The notes: generated by a model not told the origin, from the letters alone. Counted from the first letter of the stretch, positions 46,555 to 58,960 are shown. The stretch: DNA of 64,000 bases from Amoebophrya sp. A120 (GCA_905178155.1 CAJINV010000014.1:186001-250000); one strand, 5' to 3'. Made by a program: numbers and translations.

Positions 46555-48939
46555 TCATACGGGAAAGAACTCAGGGCGCTGCGCCCGTAACTCCGCGAGC
46601 ATGACACCGCTGCAGACTGCCACGTTGAAAGACTCGCACTTCCCCGCCACCGGATACCACACGTGTCTGTGCGCAAAGGCTCGCATTTCCGCCGAGATCC
46701 CACTCGACTCGGAACCGAGAACGAGGGCGATGCTCTTCTTGGGTTTGCTTTTGTGTCCTGGCCGGTTTGCTTTTGTGTCGCGGGTGGCGTAGTTGCTTGA
46801 TATCCTACTTGAAGGCAGTTTCTCACCGGTTCTTTGTCTTCGCACTTTAGCATCTGGTGGGGCAAAGCTACTGCTTACATCAGTTCTTTCACTGACTATA
46901 GTGTCAACTTCTACACCTGTAATCGCTTCAGCTTCCTCACTTCCGTTTTTACCTGGAAGTGGCTGCGGTTCTAGGTCGTCGTCGTGTTCTATTCCTTCTT
47001 CATCATCTCTTCGGCATGCAAAATCCGGCCTCATTCCGTGCCGACAAGAAGAACTCCGGGCAACTACGTCGTTGTCCTGCTCTCCAGAACTCGGCACCAC
47101 CGTGGCCCAGCATTCTCGCTTCTCCACTTCCATTCTTCTCGCAAACGTCGCGAACTCCGAAAACCGTCTGACCTCGACAAAGCTTTCCTTGGACACGCCG
47201 GCAGAGAGGTTGTTTTTATTACTTCCTCCGGAACAAGACGATTTTGAATTTGATTTATTCGTCCGATCATCGAAAGCGACGCTGTTTTTCTTCTCGATCG
47301 TGGTTATTTCCGACGTCAAAGATTGATAACCGGTAATATTATTCGAGTGGTTTTTGGCAGCGGCAGGTTTATTCTTGGAAATGGAGTCCACTCGCAGCTT
47401 TTGCACGCCGTGTTGCAGAATCCAGATCTTTTTCACGCCGAAGACCTCTGCCGTACGCTCGATCAGCTTGATGTTTTCGAAATTTCGTAAGTTTTCCAGG
47501 ACCAGAACCAAATCAGGAGGATTTTGGGTTTTTAATTCTTCGACGGAAGCGGACGCAGATCGTCCTCGCGGCTGCATACAAGTTGTAGGTGGACCTCGTG
47601 TCGTCCCAGTCCCACGACCACACGGCACCAATCCGTTCTTTTCATTTTCTTCCGCTGGTGCTGTCCTATCATCAATCTCAATACTAATGTCGCTTTCATG
47701 TTCCTCAGGAATGGCATCGCCCCCCTCAGGCGGCGAGCTGTAGGAGGGTCCTCGTGTGGCACGTAGCTTGTTCCTATGCGTAGAAGTTTTTCGATCTTCC
47801 TGCGCATGATCAAGTATTATGGGCGGGACGTCGTGGCTCTTTGCAAGATGAACCGGAGTTCTGTCACTCGTGTCGCCATGACAACTCTCCCGCCAGATAG
47901 ATGAAGACCCCACCGCCGAGGTCTTCTCCTGCGCAACAGCCGACGAGGGCGGAGACGGTGATCTTGTGTTTCCGGGGCTGTCAGCTGACGAACCCGATGT
48001 TGCGGGGGCCTCTGTGGTCGTCCTGCTAGACGAGGACCGCTCGCGCTCCGTCGCTTTTATTTTTCCCACAGAAGGACTGCAGGGGCACCATGGAGGAGGA
48101 GGCCGCGCCTCCTCTTGCTCGTTTGACCTACCTTTTCTGGGCGTTCCTGTTCTTGGCCCCGAAGATCCCAGGGCGGATGGTCGTCGCGCTGGTGTCGTGG
48201 TAGTACAGCTAGCAGGTGAGGAGCTAGGGGTTTTTGTGCTGGCCGGCTGTGCTATCATTGTCGTGGTCCTCTCGGAGGTCCTCGTCATGGCTTTTTTATT
48301 TTCGGTATCGACTTCACCCCGCCTTTGTAGTGGAGATCGCGCGCTAGTATCCGTATCCATTTCCACCTTGGGCCCCTCCCCCTCCGCCTCCTCGGCCTCT
48401 ACTTCTTCCAACAACCCACTTCGAATCAGTTCCGCCCACTGCCCCATCGTGCTCCGCTGCCTCCGCGTCCACACTTGTTTCTCCGCTGCCCGTCGCTCAA
48501 AAAACGGCAGGACGGCTTGCCGCAGCACCTTCTGCGGCAGCCGCAGGTCGCTCCGCATGATCGGCACCAGGTGACGCCAAAAAACCTCAAAAAACTCCCA
48601 GTACTGCTGCTTCAGTTGGACAAGATTGGCGGCGTTTTTTTTCGTGCCATATTCATCTTGATGATTCCCAAAATGATTCGGCTTGAAAATCGGCTGACCC
48701 GGGGAAAAAGCGGTAGTTCTTATGTGGTCTCCTATTTCTTCTTGTACAACTTGTGCCAGCACCTGCTCTGGTGCAGGGGTTGTCGTATTTTGCATGTCGC
48801 TCGGACATGACGTCGAATGTTCTACTGCCTCGTAGTTGATGACGGCGTCAGCGGCCGCGAGACGCGGCGGGGGCTGCTCAACGGGCATCGTCAACATGTC
48901 GATCAACGGAGAGCGTTGATGTCGTCCTGGTATCACCAA
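46555..48939 (-). CDS. SpoU/TrmH-family (SPOUT) RNA 2'-O-methyltransferase with long low-complexity extensions
   Basis: Motif 1 LVLVLENLRNFENIKLIERTAEVFGV; motif 2 IALVLGSESSGIS; motif 3 ESFNVAVCSGVMLAE. Single 794-aa ORF. Confidence 0.88.
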   Translation of the reverse strand: MVIPGRHQRSPLIDMLTMPVEQPPPRLAAADAVINYEAVEHSTSCPSDMQNTTTPAPEQVLAQVVQEEIGDHIRTTAFSPGQPIFKPNHFGNHQDEYGTKKNAANLVQLKQQYWEFFEVFWRHLVPIMRSDLRLPQKVLRQAVLPFFERRAAEKQVWTRRQRSTMGQWAELIRSGLLEEVEAEEAEGEGPKVEMDTDTSARSPLQRRGEVDTENKKAMTRTSERTTTMIAQPASTKTPSSSPASCTTTTPARRPSALGSSGPRTGTPRKGRSNEQEEARPPPPWCPCSPSVGKIKATERERSSSSRTTTEAPATSGSSADSPGNTRSPSPPSSAVAQEKTSAVGSSSIWRESCHGDTSDRTPVHLAKSHDVPPIILDHAQEDRKTSTHRNKLRATRGPSYSSPPEGGDAIPEEHESDISIEIDDRTAPAEENEKNGLVPCGRGTGTTRGPPTTCMQPRGRSASASVEELKTQNPPDLVLVLENLRNFENIKLIERTAEVFGVKKIWILQHGVQKLRVDSISKNKPAAAKNHSNNITGYQSLTSEITTIEKKNSVAFDDRTNKSNSKSSCSGGSNKNNLSAGVSKESFVEVRRFSEFATFARRMEVEKRECWATVVPSSGEQDNDVVARSSSCRHGMRPDFACRRDDEEGIEHDDDLEPQPLPGKNGSEEAEAITGVEVDTIVSERTDVSSSFAPPDAKVRRQRTGEKLPSSRISSNYATRDTKANRPGHKSKPKKSIALVLGSESSGISAEMRAFAHRHVWYPVAGKCESFNVAVCSGVMLAELRAQRPEFFPV

Positions 48940-50403
48940 TTTGAGGCCATCAACATGTTGTATATCATGTTCGTTGAAGTAGATACTAGGGGCATTGGTA
49001 CAGCGAACTTATTATATAAAAAAAACCGAGCAGGATGAATAAATTATACGTAAAAATCACAAATCACGCGAGGTGGCAAAGTAGAGCAGTAGGTGTGATT
49101 TTTATTATCAAAAAGCAAAGAAGACAATTGCGATCACGAAGCCCTGTTCGTTCGCGGGAAGAAGCAAATAAGGACAAATACAACTCGAGCGATAATGAAT
49201 GTAGCAAGCTCCACCACAAGTCAGCTTTCTACTTAACCTAGCCGGAAAATTTTCTTGCGATTTTCATTGCGGGTCACGGAGTCGACACGATCAATACGTG
49301 CAGCAGGTTTATTAATTTAGACAGTAAATATTAATGGGTGACAAAAATTAATTACCACAGCACAGAGGTTGAAGAGCGCCAGTTCATTTGTCACGATCGT
49401 CAGGGCACTAATGCACTACGTTTCTTTACGTCGCTAGTACCAAAAATGACAGATGAGGTAGATCTTCACGATTCGACACATTCCACGTGCTCGCTGTTGA
49501 GAACGGCCACATTTTGTTCATCTTTCGGCGATTCAGCATCAACTTTATTCTTATTTTTGGCGTACTATGGTACAAGTAGTTGTTTGCATGCTTTTTCTTT
49601 TGCGCGTTGGCATTCTCCATCTCGGCGTCGGCACCGACCACAGCCTAAAAGAATCATTGTCATCGTTCTTATTTAAACGAGTTTTTTCAGAAGAAGATGA
49701 AGATGCACAGTGCTCGTCAGTCTTGTTGTTTGATATCAACGTACGTCGGTTGAGATGAGGATCACTCTAAGTATGTAAAAAGTTATGCAAACCATGCATA
49801 AGTAAGAAAAGCATGCACGTCCTCTTGAATTGCAAGTGACTGTGAGGACAACAAGCAATGTACGTAAAAACTGTGAGTGACAGTGAGCTGCTCGCGTTGT
49901 GTTCTCTAGGTGATTTGATGACGTGAAAGAATAGAAAAATGCCCGTCGTGGTTATTTTGCAGTTCTTTTTATTTTACGAAGCATATCTTTAAACTGTATA
50001 CTCCAACTCTTTTATGCCATTTTCATTTTCATCATATGCACGAAGAGAGCGACAGATTAGCAAGAAGAGCAGGAGAGAGAGTAATGAGAGCTGCAGCTCC
50101 TGTGCCTGCCAATATGTTCCTGATCGGATCCTGCGTTAGTAAGTGAATCAGATATGAGTTCATGACGAGTAAAATCTGCAAACTTGTAACAATGGATATG
50201 TCGTCTGAAGTTTAGTTTTCAGCAGTTGTTCTTGACAAGGAAAAGGTACAAGAAAAAACAGTGTTTGTAGAACTACAAACTTGGTTTACCATCAAGACCA
50301 ACAGCCTCAGATGCAAGCTCGCAGTAGTTGTCGATTTTTACCGCCGCCTGCTCCGATGGATAGCCACAGCAACTCCGATATGATCCTGCGCCTCCTACCT
50401 ATG

Positions 50404-52047
50404 CTAGTTGCTATCCCCGGCCGCGGACGAAACCGCCACGGATCCCGGCCAGCTTCGCGGCTCAGGCTCGCACGACGGCGCGCCGCTGCTCGTGTCGCCC
50501 GGTGCAAGCGCGAGAGGTGCCGCATGCTGGTCCTCGTGGGCTGCAAGCAACATGCTTCCTGCCTCATGTTCTACCGGTCCTCCAGGCCCTCGTGTGCTGG
50601 GGGGCTGGTGCGCGGCATCGACTTCGGCCTGTCGTGCCACCGGCTTGTGCGGCGGAAGATCTTCAAACGGGGGTCTCGAGCAAGATGAATTTCTCCTCCG
50701 ATTAATTCGACTCGCGGGGGCTTCTTGCTGACCGCCGCTTGGAACAAAACCGCGGGCTCCTGCCGGCGAAGTAGCAGATAAACCCAAGCCCCAGGGGTTC
50801 ACGTGCAGCGGCAGCATTCCAGCGCCAGCAGGAACAAGTTCGTGGTACGAGGAAGATGCAGGCTGGTGGCCCCGGTGCTGCTGCGGCCCGGAAGATGTTG
50901 ATGATGGGACATTTTGCTCTGCTGGACCGGCGACGCTGAGGGCTGCGAGACTCGCGAGCGTGCTGTTCCAATTGGGTCCGGGCGTGGGCCGGCTGTCCTC
51001 GTGCGGGTAGTTCAGATCTACCTCGTGGCAACTGTAGTACTGCTGGGGCGAAAGTAGATGCACTTGGCCTCCAGCGCCTCCTGAGACACCATCACCTACA
51101 ACACCTCCCGGCGCACTTAATATAGAAGCACCTCCGGCGCCGACGAGGTGGTCTGGAGTCACAGCCCCCTGGTTTGCCGCGAGAAACTGGTCTACGGGGG
51201 CGGTGTAGGAGCCCTCGACGTGGTCGTCCGGCGAACTGCCGAACCCGTAGAGGTAGTTTGTGCCCGCAGACAGGCTTCTCAGCTCCCCCAGGTGAACGAT
51301 ACCGGGCCGGGGAACGGGCGCGATCAGGGGAAGGGCGCTTTCTTGCGGTTGCTGCAGGACTGAGTGGCTGCTCTCTGTCTCTTCTCGTTCCGGCGTCTCC
51401 TCCGGAGGACACGAAATTGCTTGTGTTTGTTGACGTGGTCGTCGTCCCATGCTGGGATCCCTAATCTGCAGCTCTGGAAGATAATGTTGCGCACGGTCAG
51501 TGCGGTCATCTCTGCGGAGCTTTCTTCGGCTGTCGAAGGTTAAAGACCGCTGTGGCGACGTGGTCCTTCTTCCTGTTCTTGCGAGAACATGATCATGATC
51601 TGTCGGCTCTGGTTCCCCACCATGGCCATGGGGGTGCGACGTCGCCCGCGGCGCGTTGTAACTGTTGTGGTCCTCCGCTTCTGCTCGAATTAATTCCAGT
51701 ATTCCTTGTTCCCACGACGCAGCTTGTTCCGCAGGCCCCGCAGTCGACGACGTACTGTGATCCTGATTTCCCGCGGCATCCAGGGGACTTGTGTTGCTGC
51801 GTCGCAACAGCCGGGTGCTGCCGCGCCGGTGGTCGGACGTAGTCCTCGTGGTTCCCCCACATGAAGATGAAGAACTGGCTGCCCCTATCAAAATGAAAAG
51901 TGCCCATATTACTCTTCCAGAGATGATTTTTGGCGTGTTTGATGTATGTGAAAAACTTTCATGATGAATGAGAATGTCCAAGAAATCCAAAAATTGCACT
52001 CCTATAAAAACCCTGGCTGCGGCGTTCTGAGAGTGGCGGGACGACAC
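50404..52047 (-). CDS. Hypothetical low-complexity protein or exon
   Basis: 547-aa ORF on the coding strand; no domain recognised. Confidence 0.5.
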   Translation of the reverse strand: MSSRHSQNAAARVFIGVQFLDFLDILIHHESFSHTSNTPKIISGRVIWALFILIGAASSSSSCGGTTRTTSDHRRGSTRLLRRSNTSPLDAAGNQDHSTSSTAGPAEQAASWEQGILELIRAEAEDHNSYNAPRATSHPHGHGGEPEPTDHDHVLARTGRRTTSPQRSLTFDSRRKLRRDDRTDRAQHYLPELQIRDPSMGRRPRQQTQAISCPPEETPEREETESSHSVLQQPQESALPLIAPVPRPGIVHLGELRSLSAGTNYLYGFGSSPDDHVEGSYTAPVDQFLAANQGAVTPDHLVGAGGASILSAPGGVVGDGVSGGAGGQVHLLSPQQYYSCHEVDLNYPHEDSRPTPGPNWNSTLASLAALSVAGPAEQNVPSSTSSGPQQHRGHQPASSSYHELVPAGAGMLPLHVNPWGLGLSATSPAGARGFVPSGGQQEAPASRINRRRNSSCSRPPFEDLPPHKPVARQAEVDAAHQPPSTRGPGGPVEHEAGSMLLAAHEDQHAAPLALAPGDTSSGAPSCEPEPRSWPGSVAVSSAAGDSN

Positions 52048-52618
52048 TTTTCATTTTGATAGCCCCAACCGCGCGGGGCGGGGTGGTGCTGCGGAACTTC
52101 TGGTAGGCCGCGCCAAGCTGATGCACGAGCGGGTGCGGTGCAGGTGGGGAACGTTGCAAGTGCTCCTCTACTTCTTGAGATCGCCGCCCACAGCGGTTCT
52201 TGCAATAAGACCTCCCTGTGGTCCCTGCTGGGGCGGGAGACTCTACTGTAGCGCCCGCCGCTCCTGGTCCTCGCCGGTCGAAATGATGATGCTCCGGGTT
52301 CTGGTCGTGGTCCAGGTGTTGAGCGAAATGGTGGTCTTTCGAGGCGGGAAGAACTCCTTCTGTGGCAAGATGGTCTACTCTCCTTGGACTGCCGCTCGCG
52401 CAGCTGCTCCCTTGCTTTTCGTCTTCACTAGCGACGTGTCGGCCGCGTGCGCCCGGGCTACTGCGCCGCCGGCTCTGCCGATGCTGTCTCGCGAAGGAGG
52501 AGCTCACGCCTATCGGCGTCGGCTGGAATCTATGCACCATTGCAAAAGTATTCATTGCGATACGTAGAAATTGGATGACAAAATCTTGCAAAATGAAGAG
52601 CGGAGCTTGCCATTCAGC

Positions 52619-54319
52619 TTAAGAAGGCTGATCCGCATATGCCGTAGAAGTGCGAGAATTACTACAAGTAGTACGAGACTTTTGATGCAGTGGATACACA
52701 CTGTTGCTCGCCCGGCTGGTCCCCATCCCCAGTATGGGAATGTCGCCCAGCGGGATGCCCAGGGTCGTATTGATGCACAGGGGAGGGAAGGATTGCCGCA
52801 GCGGTCCGTCGCGAGCGTAATTTTCATCCGGGAGTCGAGATGCATGATCGCTATGCTGCTCGTCTTCCCGCGTATGCTCGTCCTCGTCGTTCGAGTCGTT
52901 ACACGCCGGCTGCCGGGGAAAGTGGTCTATTAATTCTTCTCCTGATTCTCTATAAGCCGCTCCGAAAGTAGCAGCTGCGCCTCCACCTCCTCCGGCGGGC
53001 GCGGGGCTGATGCTGATTGCACAGCCACGGTCCATTTCGTCGTGGTCGTCCTGTTCTTGCGATTGCAACAGGTCTACCGGCTGCTCCAGCACTTCCAGCG
53101 TATGCGACCGAGAAAACTCCGAGGCAGGCGACTCCGCGCGTGTTCTTCGCGCAGAGATAATAATACGTTGCTTGTTTCCGTACTGTGAATGTGGTTGTGA
53201 TTCCAGTTGTGCTTGCGGCTCGTGAGAAGATAGTCGTCCACCTCGAGGTGCAGCAGGTAAAGCCCCGGCACCAGAATGTACCGTCGCACCCGCTGCGCCT
53301 TGCCTGGTCCCGCCCCCACGCTCACTACGTTGATTAAGACTGCTGAAGCTCGGTCTAGAACTGCTACTCGCACTACCTGCCTGTTGCTGACCTCCCGTAG
53401 TACTGCTGGCACTGTGTGCGCCGGCCGCACTGGCGCCGCCGGGCCTGCCATGCGGCCGCGACGTCGAAAAGGAGGGTCTATCGAGTACGACCCTACTAGA
53501 AGTACAACTACTTGCGTCACCTCCACCAGCTGCAGCACCGCCGCCGTCTAGAGTGGAAGATGAAGACGGAGGTGCGCCAAAGGAAGGAAAGTAGCCGCAG
53601 GGCTCCTTGGTTTTTATTTCTCTAGTACTGTTGAGGTCGTGAAGATTATGCTGTGCAGCAGGTCCAGCTCCCCGGGTAGTTCCAGGTCCACCACCACCGC
53701 CGCCGGCTTGCAACGCTACCGTGTGTCTGCTACCGGTCGTTGCCCCGCCGCCGGCGAAGTAGGTTCCCCGATGCGCCGGAAGACCTGCGGAAGCAGCAGC
53801 CTCACTACCTTCCCCCTCCGGGGCGGGAATGTGGTCGACGGGGTGTGGCGTCTGGCTGAGGTCTTCATACGGTGACGGCACCACCGGTGACTGTAACGCT
53901 GCCAGCCCGGCGGCGCCACGGCGGCCTGCAGTAGCCCCAGGAATCAAGTCTTCCGGCTGTATGCTGGCGTTGAGTCCCGGCACGGGCGTCAGTCGACAGG
54001 TCGTCGGCACGGAGGAGCTGTCCTCGGATGAAAGATGAGTTTGGTCTGTCGTGGTGGAAATCGGTATGGGCGGCACACAGACGAGATCCTGCCTGCCACC
54101 AGCAGCAGGAGGAGCAGCAGCACTTCGGTACTGCTGTGCTCCTACTGAAGATGTTGAAACATGAAACATGCTGTCGGCCGAGCTGCCGACCACCGCCTGC
54201 GAGCCTGCAGCCCCAACTGCTGTGCCCGGAACAAGGAGTTCCTGGTCCGGGTCCCGCAGCCGATCCAAAATCTCCGACCAAGCGTGGGCTTGCTGACTTA
54301 TGGAAGTTGTGGTGCACAA
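52619..54319 (-). CDS. Hypothetical Ser/Gly/Ala-rich protein or exon
   Basis: 566-aa ORF; no domain recognised. Confidence 0.5.
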   Translation of the reverse strand: MCTTTSISQQAHAWSEILDRLRDPDQELLVPGTAVGAAGSQAVVGSSADSMFHVSTSSVGAQQYRSAAAPPAAGGRQDLVCVPPIPISTTTDQTHLSSEDSSSVPTTCRLTPVPGLNASIQPEDLIPGATAGRRGAAGLAALQSPVVPSPYEDLSQTPHPVDHIPAPEGEGSEAAASAGLPAHRGTYFAGGGATTGSRHTVALQAGGGGGGPGTTRGAGPAAQHNLHDLNSTREIKTKEPCGYFPSFGAPPSSSSTLDGGGAAAGGGDASSCTSSRVVLDRPSFSTSRPHGRPGGASAAGAHSASSTTGGQQQAGSASSSSRPSFSSLNQRSERGGGTRQGAAGATVHSGAGALPAAPRGGRLSSHEPQAQLESQPHSQYGNKQRIIISARRTRAESPASEFSRSHTLEVLEQPVDLLQSQEQDDHDEMDRGCAISISPAPAGGGGGAAATFGAAYRESGEELIDHFPRQPACNDSNDEDEHTREDEQHSDHASRLPDENYARDGPLRQSFPPLCINTTLGIPLGDIPILGMGTSRASNSVYPLHQKSRTTCSNSRTSTAYADQPS

Positions 54320-54501
54320 CTACTACTAGTACCTACTACCCCTTGGATGTAGTTCTAGTTCCCTGAACATCTACATCTTGCCGACATCTTCTATAAGATG
54401 AACAGAAACACTAATACTGCACCTGCCACGTGCCAAATTTATTTTCCGCAGAGAGTGAGTACTTCTAGCACTGTAGTTTGGAGCAGTCGTCCCGGAACTT
54501 G

Positions 54502-55170
54502 TCATGCGAGCGGCGCTAAAGGAAAAGCATCCAGTAGCGAGTTTGGATTTGGTACTTTGCATGACGTGACCAGAATAGAGGGGCGGGAGGACGAGGAGTT
54601 GTGTACTCTCAACATCATATGACTGTGCGACGAGTCCCGCCCGCCGGGTCGCGAACAATGCTGCTCCTGCTCATGGTGGTGTTGTTGAGCGGCCGAATTG
54701 GCGGCCCCAGCCCCTCCGGCAACCACCCGGACTGAAGAGCCTCCGCCGCTGCCGCACGGTCCACCCACCCCCGGAGGCCCGCTACTTCCACCCACTGGGA
54801 TCATCATCCCAAATTCGCCCGACGTGACCGACCCCGGTGTGCTCCGCGCTGGGTTGCTCGCACTTACCTGTCGGGAGATGTGGTCCTGCAAAGTTGTAGA
54901 ACTGGGCTGCATGGCAGGCAGCGATTGCCCGGTGCTGGAACTAGTTCCGGCTGAAACTAGTACAGCAGCAGTGGCGCAGCTGCCCCCTCCGACCAGTACG
55001 GAGTTATTCACGACAAACAGCGCCGGTGGCGGGGTCGCCGTGCTAGACCGGGCGAGCTGCGTGGGCGTGTCCGGCGTCATGGTGCCGGAGGGCGGTGACC
55101 CGGTGGCACTCGTCGTCCCAAGGGTGAGGCTCCGACCTGGAACAAGCATGTTATTTCGGTTTACTTTCAT
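54502..55170 (-). CDS. Hypothetical low-complexity protein or exon
   Basis: 222-aa ORF. Confidence 0.4.
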   Translation of the reverse strand: MKVNRNNMLVPGRSLTLGTTSATGSPPSGTMTPDTPTQLARSSTATPPPALFVVNNSVLVGGGSCATAAVLVSAGTSSSTGQSLPAMQPSSTTLQDHISRQVSASNPARSTPGSVTSGEFGMMIPVGGSSGPPGVGGPCGSGGGSSVRVVAGGAGAANSAAQQHHHEQEQHCSRPGGRDSSHSHMMLRVHNSSSSRPSILVTSCKVPNPNSLLDAFPLAPLA

Positions 55171-55209
55171 TCTTGTCCGTCGATGAACATGAAAGCTACA
55201 AATCTACAT

Positions 55210-56348
55210 TCAAAAACAACAACACAGAAAATAAATGCTGCCTCGCTGGAAAAGTGGTAGAAATGGCTCAAGGTAGTACAAAGATGATGAAATAACTGCT
55301 ATACCAGCTGCGCTCAAGGTGGAGGAGATCATTCCGCGCTCCGCCAGAATACTAAGCCCCCGACTCCCTTGTCGCGCTTTCGGCCGGGTCTGCTGTGTTG
55401 TGCCTACAGTACTACCCGGCGGTGGAGGTGGTGGACCGCTCGCGCTCGCCGTGCTCGGCGGCGGCGCGTTCGTTTCAGCTGGTGCTCCCGGCAACATTGG
55501 TGGAGCAGGATTGTCGATGTTACTACCACTTCCACATCCACCGCCGGGATTGGAAGAGGCAGCGCCGGAAGCCGAACTGCTTGTGGTCGTTGGGGGCGGG
55601 CCACCATGATTACCACCTGCGGCCCGGTGCAGCTGTAAACTGATGCCATTTGTCGTGGTAGCGAGTTGTACTAGAAGCAGCAGTATCGAATGTAAAAGTG
55701 TCTGGGTCTGGAAGGTTGGAACTTGTGATGCTGTCTCTGGATTCTAAAAAAAATTTGCATTGCATGACCAGCAACAGAACTCCAGTTTGTGCTACCCGGA
55801 GAGGGCATTTCTCATCCATGCGGTAGAGGCATCACACAGGCCTCTAAAAATCTGTCATGCTAGAGCATGCATCACAGACATCATGAGTCTTTCAAAATAT
55901 GCATGACGAACCTTGCAAGCTTCCAGGCCCAGAAATTTTTACATTTGATAAGCAGCTGCACGAGAACAACCCCGGCAGAGGTCGTGGTGGTACAACACAG
56001 GGTGGATAGAAGGCAGCGTATGGATGTGTCAGAGTTGAAATCGACAAAGTTGAAATAGTAATTTGTCATGCATAAAATGCGACACAAAGACTGACTCTAT
56101 TGCTGAAGGCGCAAGGGAGGCAGATTCTAGTGCTGGTAAGGGTCAAGAATTGGGCTGCTGACTAGCATGACAGGGAGCAGCCATCTTGCCCTAAACAGCA
56201 TAACAGACTTGCTTCAGACGAGGCCAGGAAAATTTGTCATGCGCCACTTGGGAACTGGGTTCCAACTGGCATCCATTTTATGCGTGACAAATTATTTCAA
56301 CTTTGTCGATTTCAACTCTGACACATCCATACAGCGCATGCAGGCCAT
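55210..56348 (-). CDS. Hypothetical protein with signal-peptide-like N-terminus
   Basis: Removing introners 56019-56331 and 55684-55950 gives MACMRCLLSTLCCTTTTSAGVVLVQLLLVQLATT..., in frame with ORF 55210-55497. It may continue into downstream ORFs. Confidence 0.6.
55684..55950. mobile_element. Introner family A
   Basis: A-type TIR; TSD AGCAG. Confidence 0.92.
56019..56331. mobile_element. Introner family F
   Basis: Perfect TIR of about 39 bp; TSD CAGCG. Confidence 0.95.
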
Positions 56349-58089
56349 TTAGATCGGTTGTTCTTCTCCTGTAGTACGGGTGCGGGAAGTAGAGCCTCCC
56401 GACGTTGGTGCAGGAGCGCTGCTGGGGCGGCCTCTTTGCAGGATAGAAATTCTGCGACGGTATTAAAAAGCGCAACTCGCAGACTTCTTCCGGTCCCGGC
56501 GGTCGATGTCGCCTGCTGCGTCAAGAATTTTAGACGGGCAGTCTAGGCGATGAAACAGGCGTGACTACAACATATTTCTTTTTATATGCTTTTACTTTTT
56601 ATTTATCACTATCGGAAGAAGTAAAGGAGAGGCGATCTTCGACCAAATTTAGTACTAGCAGTGCCCCCCATGGAACAATGCTCTTTGGCATTATACCCTG
56701 GGCGGAAAGGAAGAACTCGTGGTGCCCGCTAAAAAATGAATTTGTTATTGTATTCGTGATGGAAAAAGATTTTGAAGACTAGAAAACGAAGAATGCACCT
56801 CGTCCAATGCATCAGAAAGATATAATTACTTAACTTCAGCCTTACGAAAAAAAAATTCTTGAGCAATGAGATTTGCAGTTGCAGCTAAGCGATTGAAATG
56901 GCTGTAGAAGAACCCTACTCTAAGAAGAAAACGCAAATTGATCGTCAGATTGGGTGGAAGCACCACTGCGAGGACGTCTGCGCTGAAAAAGAGCTGCAAT
57001 AAATAGAGGAGCAAAAGTGAGTCACACGACAGCCGCCAGCGAAAAAAAAAAATGAAAATTTGCAGACAAGAATATTACCGGCAGCACCATCATGTTCTTG
57101 GGAAGAAAACTTACTTCTACGACTAGGACTACGCGTACGTCCTCCAGACAATAGAGGTTTCAAGATCTTCAACGCGTCGGAACTACAAGTAGCGCAAGTC
57201 CTGTCGCCACCGATCTTTGAGAAACGAGAAACAGAGAAACGCATGAGGGGAGTAGATCCATCAATAACGATAGTCGGGCCGGTCTGGTTTCAGCCCGGCA
57301 GGCTGAGAAGGGCACAGACACAGGGGTCGAACCGGCAAAGAGCTCCACGGAGACCGTAGAAGACGCACCCCGCCGAGCCACGACGGCGGCCCCCACGCAT
57401 CCAGGCAAAGAACATGGGGGCAGTGGCAGAAGGTGCAGGGCAGTAGGGGAGGCGCCCTTAGCAGCACGGCAATGGCGAGCAGATGCACGCTCGCGCGCCC
57501 CCCTGGCGAACGCCCCACGACGCGAGGAAGGCCGGCGCGGCGGAAGCCAAGACGGCGGGCGCCTCCGAAAGTCCGGCCGCCAAGGCCCCTGCTCTCCCGG
57601 CTGGCTTGGCGGCCGTGGAGGCAGGTGCCGCACTGGCCAAAGCAAGGCGCCATGCACATACACCGCCGGGGGCGCGCCCCCCGGAGCGAGCTATGACGGC
57701 TTCCGACAAACATCCAGGCAAAGGGCGGCGGGGCCGCGGCAGAAGGGGCAGGGCGGCGGGGGAGTGGGGGGCGCCCGTGGTTGCACGCGCATTGCCGGGA
57801 GATTCGCGCCCGCCGCCACGGCGTACGCCGGCCCCGCGACCCCGCGGCGGCAAAGGCCCTGGGGACGAACATTGCCGAGCCGTCGCCAGGCCCGCCGTTT
57901 CGGCCCGTGCCCTGCAGGCGTGAAGGCCGCGAAGGCAGGGGCCGACTTAGCCGGAAGCGACGGCGAGGGGCATCCAGGCATGCCACGCCGGGCGGCCGCG
58001 CGCTGCAACACACTCCCGGTCCCAAGCATCAGGCGCGACGGTAATGCGAAGGAGGGCCCATGGAAGGGGCGCACCCCCCTGCCCTTGGG

Positions 58090-58960
58090 CCCGGTTTCCT
58101 TCCGCTTTCGGGCTTGGATTTTTTCTTTCGGGCTGGGGTTCCGCTTTCGAGCTGAGCTTCGCTTTCGGGCATGGCTCGCGCTTTTTGGCCGGGCTGATCT
58201 TTTCCGGCTTGGCCTCCACTTTCGGGCTTCGCTTTCGCTTTCGACCCTGCCTGGCTTTGTTTTGTTTTCGGGCCTGGCTTTGTTTCTTTCGCTTGCGGGC
58301 CCGGTTTCGCTTTCGGATCGGGTCCGGCTTTCGATTTCGGGCTCGGCTTCCGATTTCGGGCTCGGCTTCCGATTTCGGGCCCGGCTTTCCTTTAGCTTTC
58401 GGGCCCGGCTTTCGATTTCCTCTCGCTTTCGGCCCTGGCTCCCTTGTTAGTTTCGCTCTCGGGCTTGGTTTGCGCTCCCGGGCCCGTCTTATTTACGCTT
58501 CGGGGCCTTGTTTTTGCTTCCGGGCCTGGCCTTCGTTGTCGGCTCGGGCTTGGTCTTCGCTTTCGAGCCTGGCTTTCGTTTGCGGGCTTGGTTTCTTTCC
58601 GTTTCCGGGCTTGGCTTTCGCTTATTTTCGGGCGTGGCTTTCGCTTTCGGGCCTGGCTGGCTTCCGCTTACTTTCGGGCTTGGCTTTCGCTTTCGGGCTT
58701 GGCTTTCGCTTTCGGGCTTGGCTAGGCTTGGCGCCCTTCGCTTCCGGGCTTGGCTTCCGCTTTCGGGTTTGGCCTTCGCTTTGTTCGGGCTTGGTTTTCA
58801 CTAGCTTCCGGGCTCGTGTGGTTCTTGCTTCCTCGCCTGACTTTCTTTCCCGGGCCGGCTTGGTTGTCGCGTTCGGGCCTGGCTCTCTCTCACTTCCGAT
58901 CGCCTGGGCCTGGTTTTTGCTTTCGGGCTTGAGTTTCGGTCTCGGGACTGGATGGGTTTC
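58090..58960 (+). repeat. Degenerate minisatellite (TTTCGGGC[TC]TGGC / TTTCGC units)
   Basis: Dozens of imperfect copies; the + strand is almost devoid of A. Confidence 0.9.

Noticed and set aside
55263-55272. ATGGCTCAAG resembling the 3' end of the dinoflagellate spliced leader
   Set aside because: Only a 9-nt match, on the non-coding strand; expected by chance.
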